From: an uncultured Phycisphaerales bacterium
GTDB lineage: Bacteria; Planctomycetota; Phycisphaerae; Tepidisphaerales; Tepidisphaeraceae
DNA: 64,000 bases
Reading direction: 5' to 3'
NCBI GenBank assembly: GCA_963792535.1
Contig: CAWBWQ010000001.1
Coordinates: 576,001-640,000 of the forward strand
The position numbers and the translations under genes are program-made. Position 1 is the first letter of the stretch. Every line of letters begins with the position of its first letter. Of this stretch, positions 32,310 to 42,938 are shown piece by piece. Below the pieces are notes generated by a model. That model worked only from the letters and a program-made list of their open reading frames with translations, was not told the origin of the DNA and did no database searches.

Positions 32310-34087
32310 TGACCAGCTTGACTGTCGAGCAGGCTATGCAGTTGGCGCTTCGGTGCCATCAGGAGGGAAAGCTTGCCGAGGCAGATCATCTTTATCATCT
32401 CATTCTAAGTCAGGATGCTCATCACCCCGAGGCGCTGCACTACCGGGGTGTGCTGGCTTATCAGACCGGCCGGGCTGAACTGGCCGTTGAACTCATCCAG
32501 CGGGCGGTGAGTTGTCGACCAGTATTCCCTGAGGCGTGGTCACATCTGGGCATGATCCTCGGCAGTTTGCATCGATGCCATGACTCGATAGCTGCATCGG
32601 AACGATCGATCCAACAAAAACCTGACAATCCCGATCCTTATTACAACCGCGGGAATGTGCTCGCTGAAAAAGGAGAAACCGACCTGGCGATTTCATCATT
32701 TCAGCAGGCTGTGCAACACCGACCGCATTGGCCTGAAGCGCAGAGCAACCTGATTACTGCATTGATAGAAGGTGGATTTGTCGACAAGGCAATCCTTGCC
32801 GCGCGGCATGCCGCGGCAATCCTGCCAAACTCCCCCGAAGTCCATTGCGGGCTGGGCAATGCGCTACGTGCGAATCGCGAATTAGATGCGTCGATTGCCG
32901 CATATCATCGGGCGCTTCAGTTAAAGCCAGATTGGTGTGAAGCATTGAACTTTTTGGGAGTTGCCCTCAAAGACAAAGGGTTGCTGGATGAAGCGGTTGC
33001 TGTGTATCAGCGTGTTCTGCAACTGAATCCGAATCACGCTGAAGCGACAAGCAATCTGGGCGTCGCCCTGCAGCAAAAGGGGCACTTGGACGATGCGATG
33101 GGAGCTTATCGAAACGCTATCGCCCTTGATCCTGATCTGGCGGACGCACACTTCAACCTCGGCACCCAACTGTTGCTGCGAGGTGATTTCGCGGCCGGGT
33201 GGAGAGAGTACGAATGGCGCTGGAAGTTGAATCGATCCACGCAGGCGTGGAATAACTCGCTGTTGCGTTGGGATGGCTCGGACTTAAAAGGGCGCACGAT
33301 TGTACTTCATCGGGAGCAGGGCTTTGGGGATGTGTTTCAATTCATTCGCTACGTGCCGATGGTTGTGCAGCGCGGTGGGAAGGTGGTGGTCGTCGGCACC
33401 CCGGAGATGAAACGACTTCTGCGGAGCGTACCGGGGATCGCGCACTGCGCAGTGGCTGGTGAAATGCTGCCGCATGCGGATGTGCATTGCCCGCTATTGA
33501 GCCTGCCGTTTGTTTTTCAGGCGAGTTTGGAAAACATACCTTGTTCTGTCCCTTACCTGCGTGCGGAGCTGTCGGACATTCAAAAATGGAAAGTGGAACT
33601 GAACGCCGATCCGGCAAAATTAAAAGTTGGACTGGTCTGGGCGGGGCGACCGACGCATGAGAACGACGGGAACCGATCAATGCCGCTATCCCTCCTGGCA
33701 CCGCTGAGCGCCGTGGCGGGCGTGAGCTTTTACAGTCTGCAAAAGGGGCCGGCGGCGGAGCAGGTTCTTAACACGCCGCGGGGTTTCGTTGTGATCGATC
33801 GAACGAATGAGCTGAATGATTTTGCCGATACCGCGGGGCTGATCGAAAATCTGGACCTGGTGATTTCGGTCGATACCGCCATCGTTCATCTGACCGGCGC
33901 GATGGGGAAACCGGTCTGGACATTGCTTCCTCAAATACCGGACTGGCGATGGCTTATGGATCGGGAAGACAGCCCCTGGTATCCGACAATGCGACTGTTC
34001 AGGCAAGACTCGGCAGGCGACTGGGAGAAGGTGGTGCAGCGGGTGGTCCATGCACTGGAGCAGACGCTGGATTCAAAAATCCACTGA
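32309..34087 (+). CDS. TPR-repeat protein with C-terminal glycosyltransferase-like (GT9-like) domain
   Basis: Multiple TPRs; GWREYEWR, EQGFGD, GLVWAG, DLVISVDTAIVHL, DWRW, SPWYPTMRLFRQ. Confidence 0.9.
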   Translation: MTSLTVEQAMQLALRCHQEGKLAEADHLYHLILSQDAHHPEALHYRGVLAYQTGRAELAVELIQRAVSCRPVFPEAWSHLGMILGSLHRCHDSIAASERSIQQKPDNPDPYYNRGNVLAEKGETDLAISSFQQAVQHRPHWPEAQSNLITALIEGGFVDKAILAARHAAAILPNSPEVHCGLGNALRANRELDASIAAYHRALQLKPDWCEALNFLGVALKDKGLLDEAVAVYQRVLQLNPNHAEATSNLGVALQQKGHLDDAMGAYRNAIALDPDLADAHFNLGTQLLLRGDFAAGWREYEWRWKLNRSTQAWNNSLLRWDGSDLKGRTIVLHREQGFGDVFQFIRYVPMVVQRGGKVVVVGTPEMKRLLRSVPGIAHCAVAGEMLPHADVHCPLLSLPFVFQASLENIPCSVPYLRAELSDIQKWKVELNADPAKLKVGLVWAGRPTHENDGNRSMPLSLLAPLSAVAGVSFYSLQKGPAAEQVLNTPRGFVVIDRTNELNDFADTAGLIENLDLVISVDTAIVHLTGAMGKPVWTLLPQIPDWRWLMDREDSPWYPTMRLFRQDSAGDWEKVVQRVVHALEQTLDSKIH

Positions 34088-34139
34088 TCGCTCAGTGGAT
34101 CTTTACGCGAAGGCCATTCACCTGCGGCGCAATAAAAAT

Positions 34140-34167
34140 CGGGAACCGCTCTGCAGAGCGGTTCCCG
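34140..34167 (-). terminator. Palindromic terminator downstream of the small basic peptide gene
   Basis: Perfect 28-bp palindrome CGGGAACCGCTCTGCAGAGCGGTTCCCG, followed by ATTTTT on the minus strand. Confidence 0.75.
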
Positions 34168-34235
34168 CGGGTTAAAGGTTCGACCGACAGAGCCCCCACG
34201 CAAGCGCGGCGGAACGTGTACGGGGATACTCACGC

Positions 34236-34310
34236 TTATCGCTTGCGGCGATCGCGACGAGCTTTGCGTTTTTTGCTGCCGATCTTGCGTCGGCGGCGGG
34301 GCTTCGCCAT
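34236..34310 (-). CDS. 24-aa highly basic peptide, candidate small ribosomal protein (bS22/mS38-like)
   Basis: MAKPRRRRKIGSKKRKARRDRRKR*. Has an AAAGGAG RBS, an upstream TAGACT-17-TACTCT promoter-like pair and a downstream terminator. Confidence 0.7.
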   Translation of the reverse strand: MAKPRRRRKIGSKKRKARRDRRKR

Positions 34311-34484
34311 GCGGGTCTCCTTTCAAAATTCGAGCGGGGTAGAGTACCGAGCTTCGCTTGCCGAGTCTAGGCGCGTGAAAGAAGATTCACGATAGCTAAG
34401 TCACCGGGCAGTTGAGTGAATTTGAGCTTTTGCAAGGATATGTTTGCCGATACACTCGCCGCGCCCACAAACTGAAAGAGGCAG

Positions 34485-37063
34485 ATGAACGAATACGTTA
34501 TCCCTTCTGTTAGAACGTTCCAGGTTTTCCCCGATCTATCCGATTCACTTCAGCCGTTGCTGGAGATCGCGAAGAATTTCTGGTGGGTCTGGAACCCCGA
34601 CGCGGTGGATATGTTCCGTCGGCTGGATCGCAAGCTGTGGGAGGATGTGTATCACAATCCGATCAAGCTGCTCGGGCAGATCTCGCAGGCAAGACTTTCG
34701 GAAATCGTTAACGATGACGGATTGATGGCCCACATCAATCGTGTCAACACCCAGTTCAAGGCACATCTGGCCGAACCGGGCTGGTACAAGTCGGAGCACG
34801 CGGATCAGCCTAACCTGCATGTTGCTTACTTCTCGGCGGAGTTCGGACTGCACGAGTCGCTGCCGATTTATTCCGGTGGCCTTGGCATCCTGGCCGGCGA
34901 TCACCTGAAGAGCGCCAGTGAACTGGGCATGCCTTTGATTGGTGTCGGTTTGCTGTATCGCAATGGGTATTTTCAGCAGTATCTATCCGCTGACGGCTGG
35001 CAGCAGGAAGCGTATCCCGAGCTGGATTTTTACAACCTGGCGATCGAGCAGCAGAAAAATGCCGATGGTTCGCCTTTGCGTGTGCGGATCGACCTGCCAG
35101 ACAACGTGGTGTTTTGCAATGTCTGGAAAGTGAACGTCGGGCGCATCCCGCTGTATCTCATGGATACGAACCTTCCGGAAAAATGCGCCGTCGGATCGCG
35201 ATATCACAAGTCGGCTGTATGGGGGTGGAACCGAAATGCGCATCAAGCAGGAAATCGTGCTTGGCATTGGTGGAACCCGTGCGCTCGAAGCCCTTTCGTT
35301 GCCGGCCACCGTGTTTCACATGAACGAGGGTCACTCCGCTTTTTCCGCGCTGGAACGCATTCGCGTCATGCTGGAAAAGTATCCGAATCTGACCTTCGAC
35401 CAGGTTCGCCAGGATGTGATGGCCACCAGCATATTTACCACGCACACTCCCGTGCCGGCGGGCATCGATATGTTCCCACCGGATCTGGTCATCCGATATT
35501 TTCGAAATTTCTGGCCGTCGTTGAAGCTGAATGAAGAAGGATTTCTGGCCCTGGGCAGGGAAGATGTTACGAATTTCAAGCAGGGTTTTTCGATGGCGGT
35601 GCTTGCGATTCGATTGGCCGATGGAATCAATGGGGTCTCATGGCTGCACGGCGACGTAAGCCGAAAAATGTGGCATAACCTGTGGCCTCAGGTTCCACCG
35701 GATGATGTGCCGATCAAGCACGTGACAAACGGCATCCATGTGCGATCCTGGCTTTCGGCAGATATGGCGTTCACCCTGGATCGATATTTAGGCGAAGGGT
35801 GGCAGAACAACCCTGCTGACACGAATGTCTGGGAGAACATCACACAGATTCCCGATGAAGAACTCTGGCGCGCTCACGAACGATGCCGCGAGCGACTGAT
35901 TGGATGGACCCGGCAAACCCTGCGCGAACAGCTGAGCAGGCGCGGCGCAAGCTATGAGGATGTGGCGCTTGCCGATGAGGTACTGGATCCCGAAGCGCTG
36001 ACAATCGGATTCGCCCGGCGATTTGCGACCTACAAGCGCGGCGCGCTGCTGCTGCGCGATCCTGAGCGTCTTAGACGTCTGCTCGAAGAAACCAAACGTC
36101 CGATACAGTTTATCTTTGCGGGCAAGGCGCATCCGGCGGATTCCGAAGGAAAAGAACTGATCCTGCGCGATCGTGAATTTCGCGCGCAGTTCTCCGCAGA
36201 TCCGCCGGCGAATGGTGTTTCTGGAAAACTATGACATTAACATCGCCCGCTATCTCGTGCAGGGTGTGGACGTCTGGCTGAATACGCCGAAGCGCGGAAT
36301 GGAAGCCAGCGGTACCAGCGGAATGAAGGCGGCGGCCAACGCCGTGCCAAATTGCTCGATCCTCGACGGTTGGTGGGTTGAAGGCTACGCGCCTGACTTA
36401 GGCTGGGCCATCGGGCGTGGTGAGACGTACAGCGATTCAGGGTATCAGGACCATGTTGAATCGATGGCTCTCTATGATCTTTTGGAAAAGCAGATCATTC
36501 CGCAGTTCTACCACCGCGGCGTTGATAACATCCCGCGCGACTGGATTGGTCGCATGAAGCAGTGCATGCGTAAGCTGGCGCCTCAGTTCAGCACCAACCG
36601 GATGGTGCGTGAATATTGCAACCAGTTCTACGTGCCGGCAATCAAGCGGGGCGAACGACTCGCCGCTGACAACCTCTCGCGCGCGATTGCTTTAGCGCAG
36701 GCAAAGGAAAACCTTCGGTTCAAATGGGGCGGCATCAAGATCGTTGGTGTGCATTCCTCGGGGAACGGACATTACAAAGTCGGTCAATCGCTTCAGGTTG
36801 AGGCCCTAGTGGACCTGCCGAACATCAAGCCTGAAGAGGTGACGGTGCAGTTGTATTGCGGGCCAACTTCGGCGGCGGGGAATATTGAAAGCCCGCAGGC
36901 GCTGGTAATGGAACATTCCAAGGAGATGGCACCCGATCGTCACATGTTCATCGGCAAAGTTGATTGCCGGACCAGCGGTCGCCAGGGCTTCGCGGTGCGC
37001 GTCTTGCCGGGCAACCCTGATTTAGCGACTCCGTTTGAGCCCGGCCTGATCCTGTGGAACTGA
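34485..37063 (+). CDS. glgP: Alpha-glucan (glycogen/maltodextrin) phosphorylase (frameshifts near 35180 and 36165)
   Basis: YFSAEFG, YSGGLGILAGD, HMNEGH, FARRFATYKR, EASGTSGMKA. Confidence 0.95.
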
Positions 37064-37132
37064 TGCATGCAGTCAGTTTGGACGCCAATTGAAGTTTGAA
37101 GACTGCTCAAGTCTCCGGTTCAAGCTTTACAG

Positions 37133-37402
37133 ATGATCTACGTCGTTGCCTGGTATCTTCTGCTGAGCATCGTTGCGTTCACCGTATATGCGATCGATAA
37201 GCGCAAAGCGATTCGCGGCACCTGGCGGGTGAAAGAGCGGACGCTTCACTTGCTGGAACTGCTGGGCGGATGGCCGGGCGCGCTGGCTGCCCAGCATTAC
37301 TTCCATCACAAGTCTCGAAAAACCAGTTTCCAGATTTTATTCTGGTGCATTGTCGTTCTGCATCTTGTTGCATGGGCCTTTGTCGTCTATCGATGGCGGT
37401 AA
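37133..37402 (+). CDS. DUF1294-family membrane protein
   Basis: YAIDKRKA, WRVKERTLHLLELLGGWPGA, HKSRK. Confidence 0.88.
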   Translation: MIYVVAWYLLLSIVAFTVYAIDKRKAIRGTWRVKERTLHLLELLGGWPGALAAQHYFHHKSRKTSFQILFWCIVVLHLVAWAFVVYRWR

Positions 37403-37617
37403 TAGCCGCGGTGCCACCGATAGCTGTCGTGGTCGTGGAAATAAAAGCCCGGAACCCAGACAAAAAACGGATCCGGCGCTACGGGTATAACCTCAACGGG
37501 CGGTGGTGGCGGCGGACCATACACGACGACGCGATGCACCGGCTCCGCCCGCACGATGCAACCCATCACTCCCAGGCCAACCACTAACAAAACAAACAAT
37601 CGCTGACATAATTGCAT
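37387..37617 (-). CDS. Small YXWGXW-repeat-like lipoprotein
   Basis: GGAGG RBS, lipobox VMGC, poly-Pro, VWVPGFY and YRWHRGYY. Confidence 0.7.
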   Translation of the reverse strand: MQLCQRLFVLLVVGLGVMGCIVRAEPVHRVVVYGPPPPPPVEVIPVAPDPFFVWVPGFYFHDHDSYRWHRGYYRHR

Positions 37618-37760
37618 CGAAGCATCCTCCTGCTTTACCTGATCTCTACGATTATAGACCCGCGATCAACGTGATGGTTTGACTGACAAATTGCAGAAGC
37701 AGGTGTGGACAAAATCCTCAGGCCGGTGACAATACGACCCCATTTTAGAAAGGACCGCGT

Positions 37761-38069
37761 ATGGCAGAAGATATCATTTCAAGCGAGCAGCAGAGCGTTC
37801 AACTGGTTGTTGATGAGAAAGATCTGAAGACCCTTTTCGCGAATGCGTATCGCATCTACACCACGGCTGAAGAAGTTGTGGTTGACCTTGGTTTTAACAT
37901 GCCCGATCCCAATCCCACCGGCGGGCAGTCGCGACTATTGTTCAAGGTGACCGACCGCGTGGTCATGAGCTACGCAACCACCAAGCGCCTCGCGGGGTCG
38001 CTGGGGCAACTGATCAAGCGATATGAACAACAGTTTGGTGAAATTCCGGTGCGCCCTGGAACCAAATAA
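37761..38069 (+). CDS. DUF3467-family protein
   Basis: FANAYRIYTTAEEVVVDLG, RVVMSYATTKRL, RYEQQFGEI; AAAGGA RBS. Confidence 0.82.
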   Translation: MAEDIISSEQQSVQLVVDEKDLKTLFANAYRIYTTAEEVVVDLGFNMPDPNPTGGQSRLLFKVTDRVVMSYATTKRLAGSLGQLIKRYEQQFGEIPVRPGTK

Positions 38070-38144
38070 GCGGTAACGATCGGGTAGCAGTGCATACTCT
38101 GCCCGATCGCCAATCCTAAACTGTAATTTTTGTTTCCCGATATT

Positions 38145-38951
38145 TTACGTGCCAAGTTCTTTGCTTCGGTTTGCACACGCTTCCATGGCTTTGACGATTA
38201 GCGCGGGCAATTGCATCGACTCCATCGTTGTAATTGCCGCGTGAGTCGTTCCGCCGGGGCTGGTAACTTTACGGCGCAGCTCGGTGGGCGAGTCCGGCAA
38301 AGTCACCAGCATCTTTGCCGCGCCCATGGCTGTCTTGGTGGCGAGTATCAAGGCCTGTTCAGGCGACAGCCCCAGCGCAACGCCGCCAGCAACCATCTGC
38401 TCGACCAGGAAAAAGAAATACGCCGGTCCCGATCCACTGACAGCGGTTACCGCGTCGATCTGGTCCTCGTTGACTTCAATCACCGCCGCTGCGGCTTCAA
38501 ACAGCTGGCGCGTCCGCGCAAGGTCGTCGGGCGTGGCGTATTGTCCGGCGGCAATGGCGACCATCCCCTCCCCGACCAGGATTGGGGTATTGGGCATCGT
38601 ACGCACGACGCGGCGATTACCACCGAGCGACGCGTCGATAAAATGCGAGCTGATGCCCGCCATGATCGAAATGATGGTCGCGTCGGGATTAACTACATCG
38701 GCAATGCCTTCGAGGACTGTCCTGCACATCTGCGGCTTGACGCTCAGCAGCAGGATTTTCGCGTTGGATGCGACCGCGCGATTGTCTTCCACTGCTTTGA
38801 CCTGAAGTTCATTTTCAAACAAAGACCGGCGATCGGTTGAGACATCCGCTGCGATAATTCGCGCGGGTGCGATTTGTCCGGCTTTCACAACGCCGCGCAC
38901 GATGGCCTCGGCCATATTTCCCGCGCCCAGTATTCCAAGGTCGTAAGTCAT
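38145..38951 (-). CDS. proC: Pyrroline-5-carboxylate reductase
   Basis: GAGNMAEA, VKPQ, MPNTP, SGSGPAY, VTSPGGTT. Confidence 0.96.
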   Translation of the reverse strand: MTYDLGILGAGNMAEAIVRGVVKAGQIAPARIIAADVSTDRRSLFENELQVKAVEDNRAVASNAKILLLSVKPQMCRTVLEGIADVVNPDATIISIMAGISSHFIDASLGGNRRVVRTMPNTPILVGEGMVAIAAGQYATPDDLARTRQLFEAAAAVIEVNEDQIDAVTAVSGSGPAYFFFLVEQMVAGGVALGLSPEQALILATKTAMGAAKMLVTLPDSPTELRRKVTSPGGTTHAAITTMESMQLPALIVKAMEACANRSKELGT

Positions 38952-39007
38952 GCGTTCAGTTTAGCGGAAGGTCGAAGAAAATAACCACTCCGGCCCGGGC
39001 GGAGTTA

Positions 39008-40826
39008 TCAGGTCAATGCTTCCCTGCGACGGCGGCGCAGCAGGCAAACCGCGACGGGAGCAATCACGCCCATTGCCGCCGGCTCTGGAACAGAGTTGCT
39101 CGACCAGGCAAGTGCGTACTGATCGCTGGTGATAGTGCTGCCGGCTGGGGCATATTGCACACCGTCGAACAGCACTTCTAGTTCGTATTCACCACCCGTT
39201 TGGATATTGAAATAGAGTTGCTGAACGTTGTTTTGCATCGAATCGGAGACGGCAATCAGCTGAGTATTTCCGGGGGAGAGCACCTGAAGCACTTCAAGAT
39301 CGAGATTGGTAAACGCGTTCAGCGAAGGGTCAAACGTGTCAGCGTTGTAGCTGGTCTGTGCGAACCAATCGACGGTTGCCGACAGCGTTGAACCGCTGTT
39401 AAGAATCCCAAGGTCATAAATGTTTGGCGCGTTCGCGGTCACGGTGCTGAGGTCCCAGCCGCTTTTGCCGACATAGGCGCTTCCGACGACCATCGGATCG
39501 AAGGATCCATTGAGGAAATTGTTCGCGGCGGCGGCAACATCAAGTCGGCCTGCGCCGGTGGTCAAATCCAGGCCCTGCGAGGTGCGAATCACGCCATTCA
39601 CCATCGCCTGACCGTTGTCCCACCCGGCCGTTTTATCAGCGGAATTCATCAACACCGCTTTGATGACCCGGCTGTCGAGGCGCGCTGCTCAATCGCTGGT
39701 TAATCAACGGATCAAAGAACTGCAACTGGCTGGAAATAGCCTGCATGCCGTGCGCGTAGGCGGTAAGCTGCGCGACAGCGCCGGAAACCAGCGGTGTGGC
39801 AAAACTCGTCCCAGCACCAAAAGAAACCTGGTAATTTCCCGGGCTGTTGGGAATCGCGTCTGCTTCGGTGATGAGATAATCGCCCGGCGCGGAAATATCG
39901 ACAGCCGGACGAACACCGCTCAGGGTTACGCCGGTGACCGGGTTGTAAAAGTCCTGAGCGCCACGGCTGGAATAGCTGGAAATCTGTGTGTATGTCAGAG
40001 ATGGATCCGATCCCAGGGCACCCACGGTGATTCCATTAAACGCCACCGCGGGAGAACCAACCGTTCCATTGGCCGGGCCGGAATTTCCCGCAGCGATGCA
40101 GACCGTCGTATGCGGGTTCTGAGCTGCAAGTCCATCGATGGCATTGCTGAAAAAATCCTGCGATGCCGGAACGCCTTCCGCGCCGAGGCTGACATTCACT
40201 ACGTCAGCAGTCGTCCCGTTCACACCCACATGCATGGTCTGCACAAAAGGATACAGGGTCGAAGCGTTCGTCTGAACGTTGTCGCCGTTGGGATCGCCCG
40301 AATCAATGATCGATCCAGACCAGATGTTTGCCAGCGGCGCGATGCCGATGTCGACGGCGTTTACAAACCCATCAGTGGTGGTGGGGTTATACCCCGCGGC
40401 AAAAAGGGCGACGTCCGTCCCGTGATCCCCAATCAGGTTTGCCGGCGGAGTCGATGAGGGATTGGACGAAAGATTGATATTAAAATATTCACTGACGCGG
40501 GTAAGCGCGGGGTTGGAGTTGTTAATCAAACCCAGGTCAACGACCGCCACCGTGGAGCTTTGCCCATAATTGGCGTTAAAGGGAATGTTGAAGTTGTAAT
40601 TTCCCAGCGTGGGAGTAAAGGTAGTAGCGCTGTAGAGATTGGTGGCGTTCACAGAGTTATTGATCAGCACTTCATTGTCAACAATGCCCAGATCAAAATT
40701 TACATCAATGCCGACAACCGCCTGGGTCTGCTGATTCAATGAAAGAATTGCGGCCGCGCCGCATAGAACCGCTCCGCGACGAAGCCTGCCTGATATGTGC
40801 AGAGATGGGTTGCCCGGTCCGCGCAG
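39008..40826 (-). CDS. S8 subtilisin-like serine peptidase with PEP-CTERM anchor (frameshift near 39690; start uncertain, possibly CTG at 40826)
   Basis: Catalytic triad VAVVDLG / DHGTDVA / GTSFATPLVSG, AAGNSG, GAGRLD; C-terminal VPEPAAMGVIAPVAVCLLRRRRR. Confidence 0.88.
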
Positions 40827-40931
40827 TCTCTTCCTCCGATGGAAGAGTATACACGTTATTCCAGCCTGGTGTGCGGCGAATCCAGGGACGAGCGCTTCGG
40901 AGCGACACACAAAAAACCACTGCGGGCGATA

Positions 40932-41831
40932 TTATGGGGCATTCCATTGCTGGCCGACCTCTCGAATCACAATTCGCTCTTCGCCCGCTGCCTTGAGCAA
41001 CCGCTGAATAGGTTCGTGAAGCGGTTCGCGGCTTAGCTTAAATGTGCTGTGGTGCATCGGGAAAATATGCTTCGCCCCCGCATGGTCAGCCATTGCAAGC
41101 GCCTGCTCGGGAGTGGCATGGGCGCGAATGAACGGGTCGTAGGCACCGATGCCCAGAATGGCCAGGTCAACCCCACCGATATCGCGGTACATGTCGTGAT
41201 ATGCAGAGTCACCGCCATATAAAACCCGTCGGTTGGGCGACTCTATAAGATAGGCGTTAAATCCACGATGTTGATCGTAAAAGGTTCGCGCGCCCCAATG
41301 CTGCACCGCCCGCGCGGTGAGCTTGAGATTGCCGACCGTGGTGGATTCGCCCCATTTCAATTCAGTAACGCTTTGAAACCCAAGGTCATTCAGCAGATCG
41401 CTGGTGGCGTCGGCCGTAACGACGGGAATGTCCTTCGGTAACCGCGAGAGGGTTGGTCGATCCAGGTGATCGAAGTGTGCGTGCGAAATCAACAGCAGGT
41501 CAATCCGCGGCAGTTGCCTGACCGTTAGTGCCGGCGCGATCAATCGCTGGGGACCGGCGGTCATCAGGCCCAGGCCGATTCCCACGCGGGGAGACAAAAC
41601 CGGATCGGTCAGAATCGTACGCCCCTCCATTCGCAGCAAAACCGTCGCGTGGCCCAACCACGCGGCGGCTAATGACTGTTCTTCCCACCTGGACAAATCA
41701 GGTTTGAACCTGGCGACTGGGGGTCGCGACAAGCGATCCAGCACGCGCGTGCGCCCGCGCCGCGCCCCAGACGATCGGCTACCCGCAACATCGAAGGAGA
41801 TTCTTTTGCCCAATCGGTAAAACTTCGCCAA
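40932..41831 (-). CDS. MBL-fold metallo-hydrolase (NAPE-PLD/RomA-like)
   Basis: WLGHAT, TDPV, SHAHFDHLD, GDSAY, PMHHSTF. Confidence 0.9.
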   Translation of the reverse strand: MAKFYRLGKRISFDVAGSRSSGARRGRTRVLDRLSRPPVARFKPDLSRWEEQSLAAAWLGHATVLLRMEGRTILTDPVLSPRVGIGLGLMTAGPQRLIAPALTVRQLPRIDLLLISHAHFDHLDRPTLSRLPKDIPVVTADATSDLLNDLGFQSVTELKWGESTTVGNLKLTARAVQHWGARTFYDQHRGFNAYLIESPNRRVLYGGDSAYHDMYRDIGGVDLAILGIGAYDPFIRAHATPEQALAMADHAGAKHIFPMHHSTFKLSREPLHEPIQRLLKAAGEERIVIREVGQQWNAP

Positions 41832-41837
41832 CTCATA

Positions 41838-42836
41838 TCAATCCATCAGCCCGATTAAATGCCGCACAACGCAACGGCCCAGGGCTCGCAGATGATATCC
41901 ACCTTCCAGCAGACTGACGACTCGACCATCGGAATGTCGGTCCGCAATCGCTGCAAGTTCGCGGGTGATTATCTCGTAAACGTCATCGCTAAGATTCAAT
42001 TGGGCAAGCGGATCTTCGCGATGCGCGTCAAACCCCGCGGAGATCAGAAGGAATTGCGGCTTGAACGCCTCCAGCGCCGGAATAATCTTGCCACGGAAAC
42101 TTTGCAGATATTCCTCGTCCTCCGTTCCCGGAGCAAGCGGAATGTTAAGAGTGAATCCCAGTCCGTCTCCTGTCCCTTTTTCCCAGTCATACCCGCTTCC
42201 CGGATAACAGGTACGCGGATCCTGGTGCAGGCTTACGAACAGGACAGAAGGATCTGCTTCGAAGGCCGCCTGTGTGCCGTTCCCGTGATGCACGTCGAAA
42301 TCAACAATCGCGACGCGTTCAATATGGTGAGCCTGCTGAAGGTAGCGAGCGGCTATCGCGATGTTATTGAACAGGCAGAAGCCCATCGATCGATCAGGTT
42401 CGGCATGATGCCCCGGCGGGCGAACCGCAGCAAAAGCCCGGCGCACTTCACCGCGCATGACCGCATCGCAACAACGCAGCGCCGCGCCAACCGCCAGCAA
42501 GGCAGTTGGGAAAGTGCGGGGCTTTACCGGTGTATCGCTTTGATCGAGAACGCCGCTGAGCAAACACATTTGTTTGACCTGCTCGACATGTTGCTGTGGA
42601 TGCACGGTCGTCAGCCAATGCGCCTCGGCCGGTTCTGGCAGCAATTCCAAAAGAGGCGGCAACCCCAACGGCGCGATTCCAAGATCCAGGTTAAATTCGG
42701 GAAACGGGGTCGGCGAAACGATCAATCCTGCGTCTCGAACCGCTTTGTGAATCGCCTTGATCCGATCCGGACGCTCGGGATGGTGCGGGCCGGTATCGTG
42801 TTCGATAAAGAGGGAACTTGAGCAGAAGCCGAGCAT
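41838..42836 (-). CDS. Histone deacetylase-family protein
   Basis: HPERPDR, RPPGHHA, GFCLFNN, DFDVHHGNGTQ, SAGFDAH, LEGGY. Confidence 0.95.
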   Translation of the reverse strand: MLGFCSSSLFIEHDTGPHHPERPDRIKAIHKAVRDAGLIVSPTPFPEFNLDLGIAPLGLPPLLELLPEPAEAHWLTTVHPQQHVEQVKQMCLLSGVLDQSDTPVKPRTFPTALLAVGAALRCCDAVMRGEVRRAFAAVRPPGHHAEPDRSMGFCLFNNIAIAARYLQQAHHIERVAIVDFDVHHGNGTQAAFEADPSVLFVSLHQDPRTCYPGSGYDWEKGTGDGLGFTLNIPLAPGTEDEEYLQSFRGKIIPALEAFKPQFLLISAGFDAHREDPLAQLNLSDDVYEIITRELAAIADRHSDGRVVSLLEGGYHLRALGRCVVRHLIGLMD

Positions 42837-42938
42837 CTATTTAAGTCTAACGCACATGCGGTTTCATCGCGCTGTGAAGCGGCGGAGAGAATCTCCCCGC
42901 TGCTGGGGAAATTCTCTCGGTGGACGTACACTACAGTC

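Noticed and set aside
41859..42821. Long antisense ORFs (also 16963-17922, 24011-25111, 39615-40457, 57784-58728)
   Set aside because: They are shadows of well-supported genes on the opposite strand in GC-rich DNA and carry no motifs.
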